A stretch of DNA of 64,000 bases, from positions 28,892,001-28,956,000 of the forward strand of contig NC_135769.1 in the NCBI RefSeq assembly GCF_052425735.1, read 5' to 3'. This stretch comes from Oculina patagonica. Taxonomy: Eukaryota. The notes below the pieces were generated by a model. The model did not search any database. It was given only the letters and a program-made list of their open reading frames with translations, and was not told where the DNA came from. Made by a program: the position numbers and the translations under genes. Below are positions 13,514 to 23,900 of this stretch, in pieces; position 1 is the first letter of the stretch, and every line of letters starts with the position of its first letter.

Positions 13514-16500
13514 GAATAATATGGATTTACCAAACGATGACTTCCAGTAGAAGGATCTAAAGAGATACGGTGCTTCAATGTAATTTTAGTTCAGTGTGTA
13601 ATAAGGCGTCATTGAGGCAAACTTCTAACTGTTCCAGCTTTAATTGACACGACGTTTCGGCCTTCGGCCTTCTTCAGATGCGGAACTTAGTATTTACAAG
13701 ATTAAAAAATAAAATGTTAAAAATTTTTAACATTTTATTTTTTAATCTTGTAAATACTAAGTTCCGCATCTGAAGAAGGCCGAAGGCCGAAACGTCGTGT
13801 CAATTAAAGCTGGAACAGTTAGAAGTTTGCCTCAATGACGNNNNNNNNNNNNNNNNNNNNNNNNNNNNNNNNNNNNNNNNNNNNNNNNNNNNNNNNNNNN
13901 NNNNNNNNNNNNNNNNNNNNNNNNNNNNNNNNNNNNNNNNNNNNNNNNNNNNNNNNNNNNNNNNNNNNNNNNTTTTATTTTCAATTTTTTATGGGTAGCA
14001 TACGTAACATAAGTAAATTAAATTTTACCTTAACGCGTTTATAATATTTCTTGACCGTGAAATAAATGTCAGTTAGAACCCACCTCACGGACTTAAATCC
14101 AGTTACTAAACGACTATGACAAACGCTGGCGGTAGAAAACACAAGAGAAGTGGAATAACTCTAAATATTTTTGTTAAGCGCAAGAGATTATTAAGTTACT
14201 GCCGAGTTCTTTAAGCGTGCTTGTGTAATTTGTTTTATAAATATAAGGCAATAATTGTACCGTATTGTTATAGCTTCGTGTGGCACAGTCTTACTAAAAC
14301 CAACCGACAAATCTCTGTCCATAATGTTCGCTTGATAAAATATATACTATTTACAAGGCTAAAAAAATTAAAAATTTTAAAAATTAAAATGTTAAAACCA
14401 AACGTTTTCGGCTAATTTTTACATTTTTTACCTTTTTTAGCCTTGTAAATAGTTTATAGTTTTTGCTATTGTCATAGTTTCTTTTTACAAGGCGATGAAA
14501 TATTGCTTTTGTTTAGGTACTATAAAGAGGATAAAGACGTGAAAGAAGACGTGGAACTTCAGGCGTACCTCAACGAAGTGTCACTTAATGGAACAGGACC
14601 GAACGGAGGCATTGGAAGGGTAAATATGAAGAAGAAAATAACGTACACTTATCCTCAAACTAAGACGTTGATTCATAAATAACAGAATCTCTTTTACTAA
14701 TAAGTTAATTAGGGTAAGGTAAATATGAAGACCGACGATAGAACATACTAAGTGGCCTGTTGGTTAATACCATCGTTATCAAAAGACAGGATTTTTTAGT
14801 TTTTGTGTTGGCTTTGTTTGGTAACAGTTTTAATTTGAGAGACGATCCAAAAATTTCTGCCTGTCGCCTAACCCAATTAAGTTGGGGGTTTAGCCATGAT
14901 ATACACAAATGTCTCGAAAGAAAAATGCCCTGTGGATTGACCGTGTTCGATCCAATACACACCTATAAGTTGCCACGTATCCAGCGTGGTGACCCGATGG
15001 TGTAGTGGATATCACGCCTGACTAGTAACAGGGAGACGCGGGCGAACTGCGGGGATGTATTTTTCTTTCATTTCAGAGACGTGTGTCGAAAGCCTTCTGT
15101 AATTTATTTACATCTTTCTTTCTGTTTCTAAGGCTTCATAAAAAAATTATGTCTGAGTTTTAATTTGGGTAAAACAGGTTACAATACGGATTACAGTTAG
15201 CATTCTAATTTACAATGTTTCCTGTTCTTGATTACATTTGGCATGACAACACGCTGGTTTATCAATTAACACACCCGAATTCCACTCTTTTTACGATGTA
15301 AAGTGACTAACTCACATGAATAATACATAAAAAAAATCGTCAAAATTACAAAAGCTTAACAACAACAACAACAACAACAGTGATGCATTGCATGTAAAAG
15401 GCCTCGAAGAAGTAGAGTTCTTCCTATCTCCAAGCATAGTAGATGTTATACTTCGCAATTATTAAACAGACCAGAAGTTAAAAACAGAAGTTTAAACAGT
15501 AATTTAAACCAAACTGCTGTCTTAAATTTGCTCTCAAGCGTTGTACAAACTATATCAGAAAATGTTCCACTTTTGAAACCATAGTTTCGGCATTGTTTAT
15601 GATTCTGGGAAGCCTGTTGAACACGTTTCTTTCATTTGTCTTTTGAACAGATTCAAGGCTTGCCTGCGAGTATTGATTCCAAAGAAGAGCTCTGTGACAT
15701 TGTAAGCCGCATCATCTCTCACGTGACGATCCAGCACGCCGCGGTTAACTACGAGCTGTCAGATTATGCTGAGTACATTCCCAACCTTCCGACTAAACTG
15801 TACAATGACACCAGAGTGAAAGAAGGGGAATTCTCTGTGTTCCGTCTGCCAAACAGACTGACTTCAGCTGTAAGTTCACGTGCAGTACTAATTTGATACT
15901 TTTAGGGGAGAGGTAATTGGAAAGTGTTTCAGAGAAATTAAAAACCTGAAACAGTTCGAAACAGCTGGTCAAAAAGAGCGACAATTAATTGTTGAATATT
16001 TACTTGATTTACGAAATTCCCACAGCAGACATGGTAGCATTTTAGTATTTGTATTTCCCTTACGAATTAAGTATTGAGTGTCTTAAAAAGTAACAATGCG
16101 ACCTTTGAGAAGTATAACGAAAGTATTATTATTGGTCTTGTTATAAAATAAAACACAATTCTTGGGAAACATCAACTTTTTTCAGTTTGGAGAATTAACT
16201 TGAACCTCATTGGATTTTTACTTTCTGTGGCAAGACGCACTTTTAGAGAGGTCAAACGGCTTTATTCTGTTTTTAATTTTCAGATCGAGGCTAGCTTCAG
16301 CAACTCCTTGGCAACTTTCCGTTTCGATTCCTTGTTTGACTATGGTAACGAGCTTGAGGACAGCAAGGCTGTAAACCTCGTCAATGGTTTCTATAGTTAC
16401 CTAATGCACGTTGTCCAGCCTCGCATGCAAGAAGAAAACCGGAAACGGAAGGAAAATGATGACCTGACCTATCCATACCTTATTCCAAGATGGCTGCCAA

Positions 16501-16517
16501 ATGGCATTCATACCTAG
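1826..16517 (+). CDS. LOX-A: secreted-type lipoxygenase with two FN2 modules inserted in the catalytic domain (5' signal-peptide exon not found in the window)
   Basis: 14 exons, all AG/GT flanked and frame-consistent: 1826-2177, 2858-2996, 5221-5382 (FN2), 5497-5523, 5774-5926 (FN2), 6242-6268, 6737-6843, 7032-7227, 7821-7927, 8079-8333, 9004-9110, 14517-14619, 15651-15869, 16284-16517 (TAG). Total 2188 nt, about 728 aa. LOX motifs: [29 protein letters not shown]-x17-H-x8-H, FPYRDDG, DVELQAY, QHAAVN, C-terminus WLPNGIHT. Confidence 0.93.
3455..5133 (+). mobile_element. 5'-truncated L2/CR1-group LINE (RT domain, C-terminus, 3' UTR, (TTA)n tail) in a LOX-A intron
   Basis: ORF 3498-4565 has [33 protein letters not shown] and YADDTQLY. 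The same frame continues past stops at 4565 and 4865 ([25 protein letters not shown]). 3' end tgtaaagcgcc...ggcgctataaa followed by (TTA)n. Confidence 0.92.
5221..5382 (+). CDS. LOX-A FN2 module 1 exon (phase 1-1, 162 nt)
   Basis: [54 protein letters not shown] matches the FN2 pattern C-x-FPF-x-Y-x-G-xx-Y-xx-C...WC-x-T...WG-x-C. Flanked by ttatag and gtaata. Confidence 0.92.
5774..5926 (+). CDS. LOX-A FN2 module 2 exon (phase 1-1, 153 nt)
   Basis: [50 protein letters not shown]. Flanked by ttcag and gtaata. Confidence 0.92.
9215..11230. mobile_element. 2016 bp non-autonomous DNA transposon with about 150 bp TIRs (CACCC...GGGTG) in a (TA)n microsatellite, copy 1
   Basis: TIR CACCCGTTTTCAAAAACGTTTTCTTCAGAGAG... 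at 9215-9364 vs 11081-11230, one mismatch seen. (TA)n on both sides. No transposase ORF. CAC ends suggest CACTA/EnSpm but the superfamily is not proven. Confidence 0.75.
9937..10322. mobile_element. Nested PIF/Harbinger-like MITE (mirror copy at 12334-12719)
   Basis: tga|GGCCCCGTCCACACTGACCCGGGTAAATTTGAAAACG ... CGTTTTCAAATTTACCCGGGTCAGTGTGTACGGGGCC|tga; 3 bp TGA target-site duplication. Confidence 0.8.
11231..11425. repeat. (TA)n microsatellites flanking a 74 bp perfect hairpin of two fused TIR tips (11283-11356)
   Basis: (TA)n - CACCCG...AGAGATATATATATCTCT...CGGGTG - (TA)n. Further (TA)n runs at 9159-9214 and 13442-13510. Confidence 0.9.
11426..13441. mobile_element. Inverted, apparently identical second copy of the 2016 bp TIR element
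   Basis: Reverse complement of 9215-11230 (position maps to 22656 minus position). The ORF track shows mirrored ORFs 9587+/12881-, 10335+/12067-, 10492-/11889+. Confidence 0.75.
13607..13840. mobile_element. 234 bp perfect palindrome, Penelope-like inverted terminal repeat with a minimal hammerhead core on each strand
   Basis: Centre at 13723/13724. CTGAAGA-A-GGCC-GAA-GGCC-GAAACGTC at 13770-13796. Abuts the N gap at 13841. Confidence 0.6.
13841..13972. other. Assembly gap (further gaps at 18020-18176, 28727-28863, 60074-60332)
   Basis: Runs of N. Confidence 0.99.
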
Positions 16518-16679
16518 AACGTCTCAGATACCGTTAGATTAGCGCACGCACTAGCCGTGAGATGCGTTATCAAAGAGGGCACCATTGTAAGGGTTTAATG
16601 TTTTAAAGGTTTTTGTTATTAAGCAAGTGTGAGTCTTTAGAGGAGACACGGTGTTCTGAGTGTATGCACTTCAAAGGCA

Positions 16680-16685
16680 AATAAA
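16680..16685 (+). terminator. Candidate polyadenylation signal of LOX-A
   Basis: AATAAA about 165 nt after the stop, followed by T/GT-rich sequence. Confidence 0.5.
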
Positions 16686-18264
16686 ATCATTTGTTATGAT
16701 TTTTATTGTGTGCAAGTATTTTGTTCATTTGATCTCGCAGATGTATAACGATGTGAATCTGATCATCGCGAAAAGTAACGTCAGGTTTTCAAGCCATACT
16801 TTGTCAAGTTTATTGATTTTTTTGGAAATGATCACAGGACAGGCTCTAGGTTGCAAAGATGAATGCGCATGAAACTGTTAAAACAAATGGGATGTGCCAG
16901 GCTAAAAGCAACTTCATACCCAAGATTTTCGTTCCCCTTGACCAAAGGTCGGGAAACGAGCGACCCTGGAAAGTTTTGATTGGAAGTCCGAAAATATCGG
17001 ACTGAATTGCGCTTGCCTAGCTTTCAAAGGAATGACTCAACGAACTTCTTGGGGTTTTACTTCCGGCCATTTTTATTGTTTTCAAAGCCGGCCAATCAGA
17101 ATCGATCCTGCAACTGAACTTTCGAGAGTCGCTGGTTTCGTCAAGCAAGTTTGAGCATTTAAAGAAAATTTATGTTAAATGAAGAAATAGTGAAAAAAAG
17201 CGGTGACGTTATATTTGATAGCGAATGACGTTTAAATGTATTTTAAAGAGAATATGGACAAGCGACTTAATATCATATCAGCATAATTTATTTTGTTTTT
17301 TTTTTCGTTTTCTTCTTGTTTGAAACTTTAATTCTAAAATATAAGAAACCATATATAATTTATATCCGTCACTTATTTGGGGAAAGTTATGTGTTATTGC
17401 TTCAAGTATGTATAAATAAATTTGTATGCTTACAAATTTACAATATTATTAACGGATGGACCATTATTTTCTTGGAGAGTGGGGGGGGGGGGGGTATGAA
17501 AAATTTTCATCTTGTACTTTTTTGCACCTCTGCAAACATTTTTCCGAAATGCAAACTATTTTTTAATACTTATCGTGTCTGCCATCAATTAGGCTCTACA
17601 AACAATGTTTTTCATTTTTTTATACTCTCTCCCCCAGCTTCCAGCATTCACCGATAAAGTATTCGATGAGATATTCAGCTTGTACATGATAACATGCAGT
17701 GCCTTTGCATCTCATCCGGGTAGGTTGTCCAGGCTAGTCCGATATATTCCGGGTGATAAGATGCACTTGGAAACTTGCGTTTACGTTCTTTGTTTTGCAT
17801 AAATTTACTACAAACCCAGTATAAAACGATTCAAAGTTAAAAGAAAGTTTATCAGCGGAGGGACTTTTACACCCACACAGTGAGGAAGGCGGGAATTCTT
17901 TTAAATGGCTCTTCTTCATAACTAGATCCAGGGGTATTACCGTGTAAAAAGGGCAAGGATGACTCGTGCTTTTACAAAACGAAACACAGAGAAGGTTCTG
18001 TGTCTTAAAAGCTGCCGACNNNNNNNNNNNNNNNNNNNNNNNNNNNNNNNNNNNNNNNNNNNNNNNNNNNNNNNNNNNNNNNNNNNNNNNNNNNNNNNNN
18101 NNNNNNNNNNNNNNNNNNNNNNNNNNNNNNNNNNNNNNNNNNNNNNNNNNNNNNNNNNNNNNNNNNNNNNNNNNNNTACACTTAGCTATGGTTTCGATGC
18201 GTCCCGCAGATATGGTTAGCAAAATCTGCGGGAACGCACCAGCTAGTTTACAGGTAAGCCACAA

Positions 18265-19110
18265 TGAAAATAAAAAATAAAAAAATTAAAAAAAATAAAT
18301 AAAAATAAAATAAAATAAAGTGAATAAAATTCTTCAAAGCTTTAAAGCTTTAAATATGTGCGACGCATTTCCTGATTAGAATATATACAATTATTTAATT
18401 AAAAATTACAAAATTACAAATGACGACTAATATCTACAGCATTTAACGCCTTTCTAAAGGTTTTATAGCATATTGAAGTTCTGGCAGTGTCTGAGAGGCT
18501 ATTCCATAATTTGGGGGCGAAATATCGCCAAGATTTGAGTCCGTGCTTGGTAGTTTGCACTTTAGGTAGATTGAGAATATTTTGTCCTCTTAAGTTGTAG
18601 GAAGAGTTTCTAGGTTGTATCAGCTCACGCAAGCAGGGAGGGCTAGGACCGCTTATTGTTTTGAAAATTGAGCTAGCAATTTTGTATACTCGTTGCTCGG
18701 CCAAGGTTGGCAGGCCAAGGGCTTGTAGAAGGTCCCTGTAAGGGGTGTTCTTGTCCTTGAAAACAAAGCGAATGGCCCTTTCGTTAACCTTCTCTAGCTT
18801 TGTTGCAGAGGTTTTGCTGCAGAAGTGCCATGTCTCTGCGCAGTAATTAAAATGCGGAGCAATAAAAGACGTATAGATTGTCTTTCGTATTTCGTACGGT
18901 AGCATTTTCTTCATACGCTTTAATACTGCAACTTGTTGAGACACTTTCCTACAGACTTTAGTGACATGCCTGTCAAACTTGAGTTTGTCATCCACAGTTA
19001 CACCAAGTAGATCAAAATCCTCGGCAATCTGAATAACTGCATTTTCACAGCAAAATAATGGTTTGTTCTGCGTTTTACCCATCACAATCGCTTGGTACTT
19101 GGAATGGTTA
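18265..19110 (-). mobile_element. LINE (L2/CR1 group) 3' fragment
   Basis: ORF 18414-19208 has LLGVTVDDKLKFDRHV, PHFNYC, KLEKVNERAIRFV, YNLRG and APKLWNSL, typical of the region after the RT domain. Minus-strand (TTTTA)n tail near 18265-18325. Confidence 0.85.
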
Positions 19111-20390
19111 CCACAACGACTGGTTAACACGGGGTAAAATGTAGCAACGACGTAAAGCGATAACAGATATAGCTGCAACAAGAACACAATGTGTATGTCG
19201 TGGCTCAATTTTACCGTTAGTATACTTTGGTATTTTTTTTTTTTGATTTTATATTCTAACTTTTAGTACCATACACCTTTTAAGGTGTTAAAACAAAGTA
19301 AAATTCCAAACTTCATCACCGGTAAAATTGAACCACAACATGTATGTACACACATTAAAAGTGTAGTTAGGATATTCCCCAGGGTCATGTTGCAGCGAAA
19401 CGCGCGTTCCTCGTGTGTTTCTGGCACTCGCCTTAATAATAATAATAAACTTTATTTCCGTGTCTAAAAATGTTTAGCTGAGGGGAAAAGTCCCCTCTAC
19501 TAATTGTGGACACCTGACTAAGAAAAGTTTTGTTTTGAAAACAACGAAAATGTGAGGAACAGGAACGGTTTAATGAACAGTACAACGGCTCCACACGTGC
19601 GTCGTGGTAGATAACTAAGATATTTTCTGCAGATAAAACGCGAATCAACTAAATTTCGCGTATTTCGGAGAGGTATTTTTTTGTAAGATTCGTGCTCATG
19701 TTAAAGACGATGCAGGGAACTTTGAGTATCATTTATACATTTGGTACTAAATAAGGCCTTGTTGAAAATAATCCGTTCCAGAGAAAACAGTGTGCTTTCA
19801 TTCTCCTGGGAAACAAACTCGTTGTTGCCCTTGGAGCCAGACATTAAGAGTGTTCTAAATACTCTGAACGTGACAAAGTGGTTTCCGAATCTAATTTCAT
19901 CATACTTCTGTAGACGAGACGCGCACACTAATTACCGCAGTCATAATGATAATTTGTGAGTCAATTGTTGAAGATGTTTTTTTCCTGAGTGCAATACAAG
20001 TTGTTTCCGCGCAGAGATTTAAAATGTTGAAGAGTGCCAATGGAAAAAGGGAGTCCAGATCCCGTTTCTACGTATGCATTGATTTCTGACACTTTTTGGC
20101 CTATCGTCCACTTTGATACCACTAAAAACTCAGTGTTTTGGAAAGTCTCGGTCTTCTGTGTTCACAACGATAAGATTGGTCTCCGTTTCAAATGCTTCCA
20201 CTCAGAACGGCGTTTTCAAATGTATTCCATTTGAATGAAATTGACGAGCATTCTCAATCGTTTCACCGTGAACGAGAAGTGAAAACGAATCAACGAAAAC
20301 ACACTAGTGTGGAAGAAGTCCCAGTTGGGGAGTTAAACAACGTCTAACAGCGTTTAAAATAAATTGTGCTTTGCTCGAGAATTATACTTA

Positions 20391-20606
20391 CAGTGTGAAC
20401 CAGAAAACCGTGAACACTTTCCTCTATCTTGTATAAGTAAATTTATGCAGCAAACCATCGAATGATAGCCCAAACTACAAGAAATATAAACAAATGGATA
20501 GAGATGGAGCCGGCAGGTTATTTTTCGTGAATAATTTGTGAACTATTTCCTCTACTTGCTTTTTCAAAGTATAATGAAAGTGTTCACGGATTTCGTGTTC
20601 TCACTG
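20391..20606. mobile_element. Tc1/mariner-type MITE
   Basis: ta|CAGTGTGAACCAGAAAACCGTGAACACTTTC ... GAAAGTGTTCACGGATTTCGTGTTCTCACTG|ta. Confidence 0.6.
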
Positions 20607-20727
20607 TAAAATGGAAGGAATTGTGCTTTGGTTTCACAGGACCATTGTAAACAAAGGCAGGCAGTGAACTCGTGAAAAAATGTTAAAAGAAAGGTGACAT
20701 AAATAAGACTATAGAGGTCGAAAGTGT

Positions 20728-20733
20728 TTTATT
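20728..20733 (-). terminator. Candidate polyadenylation signal of LOX-B
   Basis: Minus-strand AATAAA about 240 nt after the stop; positionally conserved with the LOX-C signal at 39885-39890. Confidence 0.55.
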
Positions 20734-20968
20734 TACCTACAAAGGCAAATGGTTCTCGTTACACTTAGAACAACAAGCTAAACGGCGTCTACCTTTAAGT
20801 ATTTTTAAGATTCCTTCTATATGACAAGTTTAACAATAATACAAGCTTTTAGAAATAACACCCTTAGTATAATGTTCTCGTACATTTTGTACCTACTTCG
20901 ATACTAGTGGAACTTACAAACAAAAATTGTATTACGACACAGCAAGTGCGCCGATCGAACGCCACAAA

Positions 20969-23900
20969 CTAGGACTGAATACCATTCGGCAGCCATCTTG
21001 GAATGAAATATGGATAGGTCAGTTGACCTCTCTCCTTCCGTTTCCGGTTCTCTTCTTGCAAGTGAGGCTGAACGACATGCATTAGGTAACTATAGTAACC
21101 ATTGACGAGGTTCACAGCATTGACGTCCTGAAGTTCGTTTCCATAGTCAAACAGAGTATCGAAACGTAACCTGCCAAGGGAGTTTTGCGCGGTGGACTGG
21201 AACTACAGAAAAAAAAAAGAACAACACTCTAGAATAAGTGTTTACATAAATACAATCAACAATGAGAATTTCTGTTTGCTTTTTTCCGTTTCCCATTCCG
21301 GCGGAAAACAAATCCTTATTTATTACCGTATCTGAGTGTTTACGTGTTGTGTGCTTGTAAAACAATTTATGTTTGTGTTTAGTCTTTTAACAAAACCAAC
21401 GTAAAGTAGTCAATCAGCCCGAAATTAAATTGACTTGTTCCAATGAAGAACAGTTAGAAACGCGTTTTATTGAAACAGCTCATTGTGGGTGAGAAAGCCC
21501 TAGGAGAGTACTGGGTCTAAGGACAGCGATGCCAAGCAAAGGAGTTTGTGCAGCAGTAGCAGTCAAATAGTTGCTAAAACAAAGATCATCAAAGCAACTG
21601 CTGAATTTCATTTGAAGTATACAAATTACGAATGTTCAATGGCCCGAAGAGTCGATAAGGCACAAGGAGAAGCTATTGTAATCAAAGATATGCCAATTCT
21701 CGGAGGGTGTTATCCGCCGAAGCCGAACACCCTCTTCGATTTCACTCTTTTCTTTTCCTAAATGTTCCCTTTTATCTATTTTATGCACACAGGCTAAGCT
21801 AATACCTAGCCTGTATTGCAATCTTTTCTATTGTAAGTTTTGTCTATACCTTTATAATATAGGATACTATGTAACTAATCATAATTACTTTTGTGCCACC
21901 TGCTTCGATCAGCAACTAGCTAGTTTTTGGTAGCGAATAATTGTGAATCCTTATTTTGTATATAAAAAATAACTTTACGTTAAAGTTATAAGGAAGAAAA
22001 TATTACATTTTTAGCAGCAACACTACAATCAGTACAATAAGTGACCAAAATGTTGACACATTATCATTTTACGCGCTATTTTATTGTAACTTATACTAAT
22101 AAAACCCACACTTTTCCAACTCCCTTTTACCCTATCAATGTTGTAGATTGTTTTTAGTAGCCCTTTGCTACAACCATGCAACATTGGATGGGGGGAGGGG
22201 GTATTTTATCAGAGTGTGATAAAATTTCCGGCCCTTTGCCCTTGGGTTGGGTGATAAAATTTAAAAACTAGTGTTCAGTTTGCCATAAAAACTGCAAAGC
22301 GAAGTCAACGTGTCAACTACGTTTATCTAAGATTGTAACTTTTAATGTACCACGTGAGTTAAATTACTTATTGAAGACATCAGATACTAATCTTCTCTAT
22401 TCCAGATCTTCTTTGTTAACCCATTAAACTACCAAGATCCCTCTCCCTCCCCTCTCCCGCTCTCCCTTCACTCTGGGAAATAGTCAAGTTTTACTTACAG
22501 CAGTTGTGAACCTGTTAGGAAGACGGAAAACAGAGAATTCACCATCTTCCACTCGGGTATCATTGTACAGCTTAGTTGGTTGGTTTGGAATATATTCGCC
22601 GTAGTCTGTCACCGCGAAGTTAACTGCGGTGTGGAAGATTATCACTTGGGAAATGAGGCGACTCAAAATCTCACAGAGCTCTCCCTTTGAATCAATAGCG
22701 GCAGGCAAACCTTGAATCTATCGAAGAGAAATGAACGATAAGATGTTAAAAGAGACGCAAAGTCTAAATTTAAACAATCTTTTCGGGAGGAAAATTTTAA
22801 TTTTGGAACCATATTAGTATCAACTCAAGTGTGCTTTAAACTAAATATATTTTACAATTAATTTCATGCAACTAAAACATAAAATATAATTACTGATAAA
22901 AGAGGTTCTATGTTGTTTATGCATCGACGACCTGTTTTGAGGATTCCCGCTTGTGTTTTGTGTTTTGTTTATTTAATAAATACTATTTACCTTTCCAATG
23001 CCTCCGTTTGGTCCAGTTCCATTTAGTGACACTTCATTGATGTACGCCTGAAGTTCAACGTCTTCCTTCACGTCTTTATCGTCTTTATAATACCCAAAAG
23101 AATTTCATACCTCGCAGTCTTAATAATTGAAAGCACGGTATACCACTCTGAGCAGATATATTTGACACCCGGGTCTTAGCTGTGTGAAGCAGTTTGAAAG
23201 ACGAGGCTACCTAAATCGCTTTCAGTGAAAAGAAAAGAAACAAAAGTCCTTATGTTTGTTTCACTTACAAGTTCACGTAATCTTTCACCATGTGTTCAAT
23301 AACTCCTAAGATCTTTAAACCATCATCACGGTAAGGGAAGTAGGGCAGCAGCGTCTTGTCATCTAGTCCGCGGTCCTGGTGAAATGTAATCAACATAAGG
23401 TTCCAAACACAATGGCAAGGTAATTGTGCGTTATTTGGAGTTCCAGTTAATTGTTTCTTATATCAGGAAAGGTATTATTTAAAAATAATGATGATAAAAT
23501 CATAAATTCTTTCACTGCCAAGATGGTCGCATTTCAAAACCGATCGTAAAAGCGCAAAATCCTTTTGAAAAAAAAAAAAACGGTCGAACCGCCCAACATG
23601 TCAAGCCTATGTGGTCGCGTACAGATAATACCATTGGTGGGTCTAAATTTTGAGTAATAGACTGTAGTCGTTTCAAAGGCTAGATCTATGCACAACAAGC
23701 TACAACTGTATCTTTAAACGCTAAAACGACTAATTGAAGAACATGTCTAGCAATTTTAAGAGATTGCTGTGCTTTCAGTTCATTTTCTTAGATAAAATAA
23801 AATGTAATAGAGTCTAAAAGAGCGGCTATTGGTTCATTGAGAATATCAGATATGAGAAATGAAATGTTCCAATGTAAAAAACTTTAGTGTCATATCAGGT

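Noticed and set aside
14991-15055. tRNA-like sequence gacccgatggtgtagtggatatcacgcctgactagtaacaggg
   Set aside because: Has an A box and anticodon-like arm but no intact T arm/B box or acceptor stem; at most a SINE head or tRNA relic.
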